Source of the DNA: an uncultured Clostridia bacterium
Lineage (GTDB): Bacteria > Bacillota > Clostridia > Christensenellales > UBA1242
NCBI GenBank assembly: GCA_934746185.1
Contig: CAKVEY010000002.1
Coordinates: forward strand, 1-32,462
DNA length: 32,462 bases
Direction of reading: 5' to 3'
Part shown: in pieces, positions 17,256-27,000 of the stretch
Layout: each line of letters begins with the position of its first letter
How positions within the stretch are numbered: the first letter of the stretch is position 1
Translations under genes and position numbers: made by a program
Notes under the pieces: generated by a model
Databases searched by the model: none
Seen by the model: only the letters and a program-made list of their open reading frames with translations
What the model was told of the DNA's origin: nothing

Positions 17256-17292
17256 TGTACATATTATATTGTACAACTTGTCTAAATGTCAA
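17256..17292 (-). promoter_or_regulatory. Promoter TTGACA-18-TATAAT with the -10 bracketed by two TGTACA palindromic half-sites
   Basis: The minus strand reads TTGACA(17292-17287)...gTTGTACA-a-TATAAT-a-TGTACAg. TGTACA-N8-TGTACA spans 17256-17275. Confidence 0.5.
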
Positions 17293-17325
17293 ATAAATAT
17301 TAATAAATTACTTAAAATATTATTA

Positions 17326-17535
17326 ATGAAAAACAAATTCGCCGAGAGATTTAAAGAATTTTTAAAAACAAACAATATTTCTCAAACACAATTCGCAAAA
17401 AGAATTGGCGTTTCTATTTCATTAATAAATAAATTTTGTTTAGGAACGAGAGAACCTAATTTGGATTTATTATTAACGATTTGTAATGAAATCGGTGAAT
17501 CTGCTGACTATTTATTAGGAATAAAAGAACTTTAA
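17326..17535 (+). CDS. Small XRE-family HTH regulator (paralog 1)
   Basis: I prefer the ATG at 17326 (MKNKFAERFKEFLKTNNISQTQFAKRIGVSISLINKF...), which aligns end to end with the 17645 paralog. The upstream part of the 117-aa track ORF is low-complexity and overlaps the divergent gene. Confidence 0.8.
   Translation: MKNKFAERFKEFLKTNNISQTQFAKRIGVSISLINKFCLGTREPNLDLLLTICNEIGESADYLLGIKEL
17494..17535 (+). repeat. 42-bp perfect direct repeat, copy 1 (3' end of XRE paralog 1)
   Basis: GGTGAATCTGCTGACTATTTATTAGGAATAAAAGAACTTTAA is identical to 17810-17851. The flanking bases differ on both sides. Confidence 0.95.
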
Positions 17536-17591
17536 TTTTGATAAAAATTTTATCAAATGAATACTAGGTTCTTTTTTTTGTTTAAATATAT

Positions 17592-17638
17592 TGCTAATAG
17601 CAGTATGTCAAGTAATTTAATGCTATTAGCATTATAAT
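17592..17638 (+). promoter_or_regulatory. Two 11-bp palindromic operators (TGCTAATAGCA and TGCTATTAGCA) plus a TATAAT 6 nt before the ATG of XRE paralog 2
   Basis: The palindromes are at 17592-17602 and 17621-17631, 29 bp centre to centre. TATAAT is at 17633-17638 and the ATG at 17645. There is no SD. Confidence 0.55.
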
Positions 17639-17644
17639 TCTTTT

Positions 17645-17851
17645 ATGAATAAATTTGCTGAAAGACTAAATGAAAGTTTAAAAAATAACCAAATTTCACA
17701 ATCGGCTCTTGCACGAAAAATTGGAATGTCACAAAGTATTATAAATAATTATTGTCGTGGTGTTAGAGAACCAAGTTTAGATGTTTTAATTAAAATATGT
17801 GAAGCTTTAGGTGAATCTGCTGACTATTTATTAGGAATAAAAGAACTTTAA
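17645..17851 (+). CDS. Small XRE-family HTH regulator (paralog 2)
   Basis: 68 aa reading MNKFAERLNESLKNNQISQSALARKIGMSQSIINNY...GESADYLLGIKEL. Confidence 0.85.
   Translation: MNKFAERLNESLKNNQISQSALARKIGMSQSIINNYCRGVREPSLDVLIKICEALGESADYLLGIKEL
17810..17851 (+). repeat. 42-bp perfect direct repeat, copy 2 (3' end of XRE paralog 2, overlapping the murC stop)
   Basis: Identical to 17494-17535. Confidence 0.95.
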
Positions 17852-19188
17852 AGTAAATTTTTTATATTATATATATCGCCTGCGCCAACAAATAAAATTA
17901 CCATATCTTGTTTGGCGTATTTTTTTAAATGTTTTATAACTTTTTTAAAATTAGTATAATAATAGCAATCTTGACGAGTTTTTAATTTATTAAATAAATC
18001 TTTTGCTGTTTTCCCTGCACTTTTTTTCTCTCGTGCCGAATATGTTTTATAAAAAATCGTTTGATAAACGCCTAAAAACGATGTTAAAAACTCATTAAAA
18101 TACTTTTTTGTTCTGCTATAAGTATGTGGTTGAAACACACAAATAATAGGTTTATTTAAGCTTTTAACTTCTTCAATCAACTTTTTTATTTCTGTTGGGT
18201 GATGAGCATAATCAAAATATATATCACCTAAAATTTTATTGCTTTTAACATTTTCAAATCGGCGTTTTATTCCTTTAAAATCAAAAAGTGCTTTTTTGAT
18301 AATTTGTTTATCTATATTATAATAATCAGCAACACAAATAGATGCCAAAGCGTTTAAAACATTGTGTTTACCAAAAATATTTAATCTAAATCGGTCAAAA
18401 AATTGTCCGTTTTTTATAACCGAAAACGAATATCCCCCATTTTTAAGTTTTCTAATATTTTTTGCATAAAAATTACTATTTTTATCTATAAAAGTTATTT
18501 TGTTATTATTAATTGTATTATATTTATTATTAATAACAACTTTTTTACAAATACTACTAAAATCGTCAAACGCTTTTTGAACTTCATCAATATTTTTGTA
18601 GCAATCTGGGTGGTCTTCTTCTATATTTAAAATAACGCCAACTGTGCTATTAAATTTTAAGAACGAACGTTTATATTCGCACGCTTCGGTTATAAAAAAG
18701 TTATTATCACCACAAATATAGTTAGAATTTAAGTTTACGCTCTCGCCACCAATATGAACTGTCGGTTTTAAATTTGCTAAAACAAAAATTTCGCTTATCA
18801 TAGATGTAACTGTAGTTTTGCCGTGGCTACCAGAAACCGAAATAACATTTTTATAATTATTTAATAATAAGTTTATAAACTCAGCTCTTTCTAAACATTT
18901 TATATTGTTATTTCTAGCCCAAACAAGTTCGGGGTTATTTTGTTTTATTGCTAAGGAATAAACAACTAAATCGGGTTGAACTTTTTTTATGTTTTTAGTG
19001 TGATGCGATATGTAAACTTTTATATTATTTTTAAATAATTTTTCAGTAATTTCGCTTTTGATAGCATCACTACCAAAAACACTATAACCTAATGTGTTTA
19101 GTATGCTTGCTAAACTTGATAAACTTATTCCCCCAATGCCTATAAAATAGATTTTATTTACATCTTCAAAATTCGACAATTTTTTCAT
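17848..19188 (-). CDS. murC: UDP-N-acetylmuramate--L-alanine ligase
   Basis: 446 aa with the N-terminal IYFIGIGGISLSSLA and the Mur ligase P-loop GSHGKTTVTSMI. Confidence 0.92.
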   Translation of the reverse strand: MKKLSNFEDVNKIYFIGIGGISLSSLASILNTLGYSVFGSDAIKSEITEKLFKNNIKVYISHHTKNIKKVQPDLVVYSLAIKQNNPELVWARNNNIKCLERAEFINLLLNNYKNVISVSGSHGKTTVTSMISEIFVLANLKPTVHIGGESVNLNSNYICGDNNFFITEACEYKRSFLKFNSTVGVILNIEEDHPDCYKNIDEVQKAFDDFSSICKKVVINNKYNTINNNKITFIDKNSNFYAKNIRKLKNGGYSFSVIKNGQFFDRFRLNIFGKHNVLNALASICVADYYNIDKQIIKKALFDFKGIKRRFENVKSNKILGDIYFDYAHHPTEIKKLIEEVKSLNKPIICVFQPHTYSRTKKYFNEFLTSFLGVYQTIFYKTYSAREKKSAGKTAKDLFNKLKTRQDCYYYTNFKKVIKHLKKYAKQDMVILFVGAGDIYNIKNLL

Positions 19189-19248
19189 AAAACATTATAT
19201 GATTTATCATTAATTTTTCGTTAAATTTAGAAAATGTGTTAAATTTGT

Positions 19249-19277
19249 TTGGAAATTTTTAACAAAACCAGTAAAAT
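19249..19277 (+). promoter_or_regulatory. Candidate promoter TTGGAA-17-TAAAAT for spoVG
   Basis: The hexamers are at 19249-19254 and 19272-19277. AAGGAG is at 19293-19298. Confidence 0.45.
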
Positions 19278-19304
19278 AATGTATATACAAATAAGGAGAA
19301 TAAA

Positions 19305-19589
19305 TTGAATATGTTAAACATTACTGATATTAGAGTTAGATTAGTTAAAAAAGATGATTTAAAACTTAAAGCCGTTGCTTCAATTACTATTGATGGTTGC
19401 TTTGTAGTTCACGAAATTAGAGTTATTGAAAGTGAAAAAGGTTTATTTGTTGCAATGCCTTCTAAAAAAACTCCAGATGGTGAATTTAAAGACACTGCTC
19501 ACCCAATAGACACTGAAACAAGAAATATGCTTGATAAAGCAGTTTTAAACGCTTATGAAAAAGCAGTTAAAGATGCACCAAACGAATAA
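19305..19589 (+). CDS. spoVG: Regulatory protein SpoVG
   Basis: ITDIRVRLVKK...KAVASITIDGCFVVHEIRVIESEKGLFVAMPSKKTPDGEFKDTAHPI closely matches the SpoVG family. The start is either TTG 19305 (6 nt after the SD) or ATG 19311. Confidence 0.92.
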   Translation: MNMLNITDIRVRLVKKDDLKLKAVASITIDGCFVVHEIRVIESEKGLFVAMPSKKTPDGEFKDTAHPIDTETRNMLDKAVLNAYEKAVKDAPNE

Positions 19590-20999
19590 TTAAAGTATTG
19601 GAGAAAATAAAGAGCAAAACGATATTGCTAGTCTTTTTACGGCTGGCAATTTTTTATAGAAATTTTTTTCAAGTCTACTACTCTCCTTTAAATCTTTAAT
19701 CATAGTTTTATAAAACTTTTTGCTTAACTTTTCATCAAAAACTATCAAACTACTTTCAAAATTCAAGTAAAACGAACGCATATCAAAATTACAACTTCCA
19801 CAAACAAAAATGTTTTTATCTATAAGTAAAGTTTTTGCGTGCAAAAATCCGTTATATAAATAAACATCAACGCCTAACTCTAATAACTTTTTAGCGTTAT
19901 ATAAACTTGCGTTATAAACAAACTTTTTATCAATAAGTTTAGGAATTAAAACAATAACTTTAACCCCATTTAAAACTGCTTGCTTTAAACAATTTATAAA
20001 CTTGTCATCTAAAATTAAATAAGGCGTTTCAATAATCACTTCGTTAATACTAGAATTTATTAAGTTTATAAAACTATCTTCAATTTTTTGTCCTTTATCT
20101 AATGGGCTAGAACTAATTACTTGTGCATAATTTTGTTTTGTATTTTTAAAATTAAAATTATTATCTATAAAATTATTTTCAATTTTAGGTTTAGACAACT
20201 TTAAATCTTGCAAAAATATTTTTAAAAGTTCTAAACTTGTTTTGCCCACTACCCTTAAATGTGTATCTCGCCACGGTGAAAGTTTTTCATTTTTATTAAA
20301 ATGGTCATCTCTAAAATTAACGCCACCTATATAAGAAATCTTGTTATCTATTATAATTATCTTTCTATGATTACGATAATTTATATTTAATTGAAAAATT
20401 TTTAATAAAGCAGGGAAAAACTCTATAACTTCAACATTATTTTCTTTTAATTCATTAAAAAATTTTTTGTTAGTTTTTTTGCTACCAAAACTATCGTAAA
20501 TAACAATAACTTTAACACCTTGTTTTGCTTTCTTTATTAAAATGTCTTTTATTTTACTTCCTACAATATCGTTACTAAATATATAACTTAATAAAAATAT
20601 CGAATGTTTGGCATTTAATAAATCGGCTTTAACGTTTCGCAAAAACATATTTGTATTTGCGAATATATCAATATTTTCATTATCTAAATATAAAGAATTA
20701 CAATTTAAAGCATTAAAAACTATATTTTGTTTATACTTATTTGTGTTTTTAACATTCTTTATATTATTTTTTATGGTAAGTTTATTTAATCTAGTTAAGT
20801 TATAAATTTTTTGATATTTCGATTTTTTGTTTAAAACTCCAATACCTAATAACAAATAAATAACAAAACTCAAAATGGGCAAAAAAGTAAAAACGAGTAA
20901 CCAAATTGCTACTCTATGTAAACGTTTATGTTCGATAAAAATCATAAACATAATTAATAATAAATTAATTAAATTTACAATATAAAAAAAGACAAGCAT
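19590..20999 (-). CDS. cls: Cardiolipin synthase (phospholipase D superfamily)
   Basis: 469 aa with two N-terminal TM helices and two HKD motifs (HRKIIIIDNKISYIGGVN and HAKTLLIDKNIFVCGSCN). Confidence 0.9.
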   Translation of the reverse strand: MLVFFYIVNLINLLLIMFMIFIEHKRLHRVAIWLLVFTFLPILSFVIYLLLGIGVLNKKSKYQKIYNLTRLNKLTIKNNIKNVKNTNKYKQNIVFNALNCNSLYLDNENIDIFANTNMFLRNVKADLLNAKHSIFLLSYIFSNDIVGSKIKDILIKKAKQGVKVIVIYDSFGSKKTNKKFFNELKENNVEVIEFFPALLKIFQLNINYRNHRKIIIIDNKISYIGGVNFRDDHFNKNEKLSPWRDTHLRVVGKTSLELLKIFLQDLKLSKPKIENNFIDNNFNFKNTKQNYAQVISSSPLDKGQKIEDSFINLINSSINEVIIETPYLILDDKFINCLKQAVLNGVKVIVLIPKLIDKKFVYNASLYNAKKLLELGVDVYLYNGFLHAKTLLIDKNIFVCGSCNFDMRSFYLNFESSLIVFDEKLSKKFYKTMIKDLKESSRLEKNFYKKLPAVKRLAISFCSLFSPIL

Positions 21000-21037
21000 A
21001 TTTTAATGTTTGCCTTTTTATGTTTAATTATTCTACT

Positions 21038-24000
21038 TTATATTTCAAATAATTTATAGTTATCACCGTAACTTAAATTTTCGTTAGGGATATATGCTTT
21101 AATATACATTTTTACTGAACTATCTGTTTTACTTCCAGCAATAACACCTGTAAACTTATTTAAAGTTATTCCGTTTGCAGACATTGTTAAATCTGTTACT
21201 TTTGTTCCTGCTAAATTTTCTAAGTTACTTGTAACCAAACTAAATCTTAACAAATCTTCAACAATATTTCCATTTAAAGTATAAACAAATGTATTATTGT
21301 TTTTAACAATAGAATAATTATTTAATTTAAAATATTTGTTTGTAGTATAACTAATTGTCGAAGAAACCGGTGTTTCAGTTTGTAAATAAATTATACCTAT
21401 GTTATTTTCGTTAATATAATCTTTACTAACATTATCATAGAACAAAATATTACCTAAATTGTTTATTTTTAATAAGTTTTCTATTATATAATAAGTTATT
21501 CCGTCTTTTGTTTCTACTTTTATATTGTTATAATCAACATTGTTTAAAGTAGCTTTAACAACGTTAGTAATTGTTTCACCCAAATCGTTTTCATTGTAAT
21601 AAATTTCTTTATAACTCTTATTATTTATAACATAGTTATTTTCATAATCCAAAACATCATTTTCAACTTTTATAGGTAAAATTTCATTTACATAACAATC
21701 TTTAAAGTTATATTCAATATAAATTGTTTTATTGCAATTTTCATTAACATATAAAACATTGTTTTTAATAGAACTATCACTATTAATTAACTTGTAAGCA
21801 AAGTTAGATGCAAAATTATTTTCGCCAACTTTAAAATTAAATATATTTTGCAAATCTATTTTAGAGTTATTTTTTATTGTTATTGCATTTTGAATTTCTT
21901 CTTTAATATTTGCAATTCTTAATTTTAAAACTAATGGTTGATTAACGATTGTTGCATTTATAGTTAAATAATAAATATCTTCTTTTGCTTTTAATTGTAA
22001 TTTAGAATCTACTAAATTTACATATTGTTCGCTATCTATTGAAGTAAAAACATTATTATTATTTTCTACTATAACATTGTTTTTAGCAATTTCAAATTTT
22101 ACATCACTATCTGTTAATATGTTAGTTTGTGAATATAAATCTACAAAATCTGTTAAATCAATAGTTTTTTCAGTTAAGTTTTTATAATAAATAGTTATAA
22201 ATTCTTCGCCATTTTTTATAACAACTGCGCCATCTATAATAGCATCGGCACTAAAAGTATAATCTGGTGTGTATTTAGAACTTATTTGCACTGGATATAT
22301 TTTAACATAAACACGGCTTTCTAAATAGTCGTTGCCTGTTTTGCCATTTGTTACTGTAAAATAACCAAAAGTAATTGTATTTGTAGTTATGGCTTTAATT
22401 TCTCCGTTTTCAAAACTTACATTAACAAAATCGCTATTTTTAATATTATTATTGTTTAATAAATATGTTAAGTTATATTTTTCACCTGAAATTAAATTTA
22501 AAACTTTAACGCCATTTTCAGTTAAATATCTTTTATCGTCATTTAAAACTATAACATTTTCTTCACTAATATTGTTTGTAAACTTTCTAGTTTCTCTCAT
22601 AGAATTATAGTTTGCATCTATTTCTACTGAAATCTTTTTATTTGTGTTTAAGTTAGTTACTGTTCCGTTACTTAATAAAGTGAATAATAAGTTATTATCA
22701 ACGTCATAAATATGATAACGAATAATTCCTGACACTACTTCAATATTAAAAGTTATATAAGTTTCATTGTTTCTTACTGCTACAATACTTCCATTATTTA
22801 AAATAGTTGAATTATTAACAAGTGTGTTAACAGGAGCAAATAAAGTAGTATTTAATGTTTCGCCTTCGTCTGTGTAAATAATGTTTACGCTACTAGATAC
22901 AATATCACCTATTTTAGCATAAACTACAAACGTATTTCCCGTTATGCTTAACTTGTTATCAATAATTTCTTTGTTTTCTGTGCCTTCTTGAACTAAATAT
23001 GTTTGAATTTTATCATTCAAATTTATATTATTTGCTTCACAGTTAGTTTGAGCGTAAAATGCATTATAAATTAAGTTATAATATTTAATTTCATTATCTA
23101 ATGTTAAATCTGCGTTTGTAATGTTTATCTCACTATTTGTAACAAACATTTTAACTGGCATTAATCTAACATTTAAGATATTTTCTACTATGCTATTATT
23201 TAGTAAACTTAAATTAATATTTAATAAAATTTCGCTATCTAAACTTGAATAGCAAGTCATTACAAAATTAGATATTTTGAATATTAAATTGCCGTTATAA
23301 TTTAGAATTAGCCCATTAGAGTTATTAATAATTTCAAAATTATTTCGATTTAAACTACCACAATTTTCTATATTTAAAGCAAATTCTAGGTTGTTATAGA
23401 AATTGTCGTTTGTTGCAATGATATTATTAACATTGTTGTCATTTTTTAAAATTATGCTGTTTGTTGCATATAGGTTTTCATATTTTTTAGTTTCAAGTGT
23501 TGTTTCATTAGTTTTAGTAGTGTAATTTGAGTAGTTAACATCTATTTTTAAATCTGCTACAATTATGTTAATAGTGTATTTTGCATCGTTAACATTTATT
23601 GTAACTATAAAACTACCACTTGTTTTTGCTGTAAATAATCCGTTAGCATCTACATAACCATTTTCATCTAAATAAGTTACATTTCTATTAGATAGACTTT
23701 TAATACTTAAATTCGTAGCATTTAATTTAGATTGTAAAATTGTTTGTAAGTTTACACTTTCACCTACATAACTATCTAAATTGTCAAAAGTAATCTCATC
23801 AGTTGTAACTTTAAAGTTTATAGTAAACACACCATCTAAATTAATCACTGTGTCGCTATCAATTTTACCAAAAGCGTTTTCATATTCAACTAATTTGTAT
23901 GTTGGTAAATTTTGTGAAGAAAATTTATCAAATTTTTGTAAAGTAAAGTAATCATAGTAGTTTATAGATTCGCCTTTTAAAACTACAAAAGTTGTTTGCA

Positions 24001-27000
24001 TACTTGATGATTTATATAAAGGTACTACTTTTACATTAATTTCTTCAACCACCGAACCATTTATTACAGAAATTATTATATATAAATCTTCATTTATCGA
24101 ACTATTTGTAATTAAGTTAGAACCATTTAAACTAATTCCGGATACACTAACAACATTACCTAGAGAATTAGTTATTGATTTTATTTCATAACTTAAATCA
24201 TTACTGTTTTCTACGCCACCGATTAAAGAATATAAATCAAATTCGTTAGAAGCAACTAAATTTTGATACATTTTATCATTATAAACTACGGGATTAATAT
24301 AATTTACGCTCATTTTTTGTGCGTGAATATTTGTTAAAACTTTACTAGTTAAACTACCATATTTACAAGATAAGTTAAACTCTAAATCGCCGTCCAAATC
24401 ATTTGATATTTCTAAAACATAATTATTATTAGTTTTAGTTAAAGTAAATAATAATTTGCCAGCAAAACTAAATTCGCCGTTTGATTCGTTAAAGAAGTTT
24501 GAATTAGAATAAACATTTTCTCCAACTGTGTATTTTATATCGTTTAAAGAAACGAAAACCTCAACATCGACATTAGAAATAGTTTCTTCTTTTAAATTAA
24601 CAGTTATTATTTTCTTATTGTTTTCATCAATTAAAGAACTAGAACCAATATAATATGTTTTTCCTAATGATAAATTGTAACTGTTAACATCAGCGTCATT
24701 ATATTTAAAATTTATTTCAACGTTTTCACCTTGAATATAAATTGTATATTCTTTATTAAGTAGTGTAAATGTTACATCAATTTTGCCTGTTACTTGTTGA
24801 TAACATTTTAAAATTCCGTTATCTAAAGTATATATAACATTATTGAATGAATCTTTAACTTCTTTGCTTGCAAAACTTAAATATGTTAAATATTCGTTTT
24901 GGTCAACAATTTTTTCACCATTAATATAAATATTATTTTTTAGATCCATTTCCTGTGCGTTTGAAATAGATAATCTATTTGTTTCGCTGTTTTCAGTTTT
25001 ATCGTCATTATAAATTTTAATTGATAAATCTATAACTTTTAATGTGTAATAATAATTTTCACCATTTGCTTCAACTAAAATAGAGTAACTACTAACTGAA
25101 TTGTTGTATGCTACGGTAGATATTTGAATTTCTGCTGTATCTACTTTTTTAATATATTTTAACGTGTGATATGTGCCAACAAATTCTTCTTGATAATTAT
25201 CTTTGCTACCAAATTTTATAGAACTTACACTATCGCTGTTATATTTTAATAAATTGCTTGTATTGCCTACAACATAATTGCCAGGAGAATAAACTGAAAT
25301 GTAATTTTGATTTTCGTCATATTTTGCAACAATGTTTGTACTTGGTTTTAAACAAATATTAAAGTAACCCGTATAACTTTCTACTGTATATTTAATTTTA
25401 AAGAATACATATTCAACTAATGCTTTGCTTGCACTAAATTGATAAACATCTTCATTATCGCTTAAAGTAATTGCTGTTCCGTTAAAAGTTGATAAACCTT
25501 TATTTGTAATTGAAGTAATATTATAAAGTAGTCCACTATAAGTTAGCATAGAGCCGTTATCTGTTACTTCCCCAACAAAACTAGAAGATAAATTATCTAT
25601 TAAAACGGCAACTTTTGAAATTGAACTTTCAATATTCAATTTAAACGCTTTATCATCTTCACTTGTTAATACATAATAAGTTTCATTGTTTACATCTACT
25701 TGGTTATCTGCCTTTAATGTTACATTGATTTTTGTAACATTTAAAGTAACTTCTATGTATTTATTATCTAAAACTTCTAAATTATAGCCTTCTGCTGTTA
25801 AATTTAAGTAACCACGAAGAACTATTGTCATATTATCTAAATTATTTGTGCATTTGAACACTTTTTTAGATATATCAACTTGTTTATCAGTTACGCCATT
25901 AATTATACTTGCAACCATTTCACCATTTTTTAATAAGTCATAACTATCAGTTATTCTATTATAAATAGTGCTATAATTTTCTTTATTTTCAACTTCTAAA
26001 CTAATAAATCTATAATCAATACAATATTTGTTTTCAGCACTTCCATTTTGAGATTCAACAAAGTAGTTGCTATCTCGTGATGTTAATTCTGTTTCATTTT
26101 CACCAACATAAATGTTAATATTTTTTCTATTATTATAAACATCTAACGATTTTATAGTAAATGTGATTTCTTTTTGACATTCAATATTTGTAGTATTTTC
26201 TACAAACGCTATAATTTTAAATGTTCCGTCAGCTGTACTTGCTAAATGTATTTGACCAGTTAAACTATCTAATGTTCCTATTTCTTTATTGCTTTCATTT
26301 TTTATTCGATAAATTCCGTTTGTTAAGTCAATAATATAACTATCATTAGGTTTATAATTTAATTGTAGTTCTTTACTACTAATTTTAGCCTTAATATAAT
26401 TTGTTATATTTGTATTAGGATAAACACTTAAATTAACGTTATTATCTAATTTAGAACCATCATATTTTGTGAATATTACGGGACTTGCATTAATAACTAA
26501 ATTTGTTGTGATAAATTCACCTAAATAAATGTTAATTGTATTTATACTATCATCTAATAAAAGTTGTTCTTCATCAAATGTAATATAATCGTTATATTTT
26601 GTAGTTATATTGCCTTGATTATTTGTTATATAAACATATTTTAATATTTCATTTTTATTTAGTAACTCACCCAAATAATATATTGATTCAACATTTTTAG
26701 TATTAAGTGTTAATGTTTCAATATAAAATTCTAACGATTTAATAACTTTTACAATATTGTTATTATTGTTTTTTACATAAAATTCTAAATATAGAGCATT
26801 ATTTTTAGCACTTGTTAAATTTAATGTGTAATTTGATAAATTTAAAGTATTAAGATTGATGTATTCACCATTTTGTAAAATAACTTCACTATTTGCGTTA
26901 TCTATGTAATAAAGTTTAACCATTAAATCATTTGCAATAGAATTTGTTACATCAACGCTATAAAATGCTTCACTATTTGTTTCATTTCCACCATCAACAT

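Noticed and set aside
17235-17276. Longer 87-aa version of the minus-strand HTH ORF, starting at 17276
   Set aside because: The extension (MYNIICTDCIKEKI) would start inside the TGTACA/TATAAT promoter-operator and has no SD. The ATG at 17234 has AAGGAG 6 nt upstream.
17182-17325. Longer 117-aa version of XRE paralog 1, starting at TTG 17182
   Set aside because: The N-terminal 48 residues are low-complexity, overlap the divergent gene and intergenic promoters, and have no counterpart in the 68-aa paralog. The ATG at 17326 gives an end-to-end alignment.
17537-17557. AT-only palindrome TTGATAAAA-a-TTTTATCAA after XRE paralog 1, considered as a terminator
   Set aside because: The stem is entirely A/T with a tiny loop and the T-run is about 10 nt further on. 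It is too weak to call and might instead be another operator-like site.
16983-17860. The XRE/Cro-like gene cluster as a prophage or mobile element
   Set aside because: There is no integrase, recombinase, att-like long flanking repeat, or structural or lysis gene. At most it is a domesticated or remnant regulatory module, so it is not called a mobile_element.
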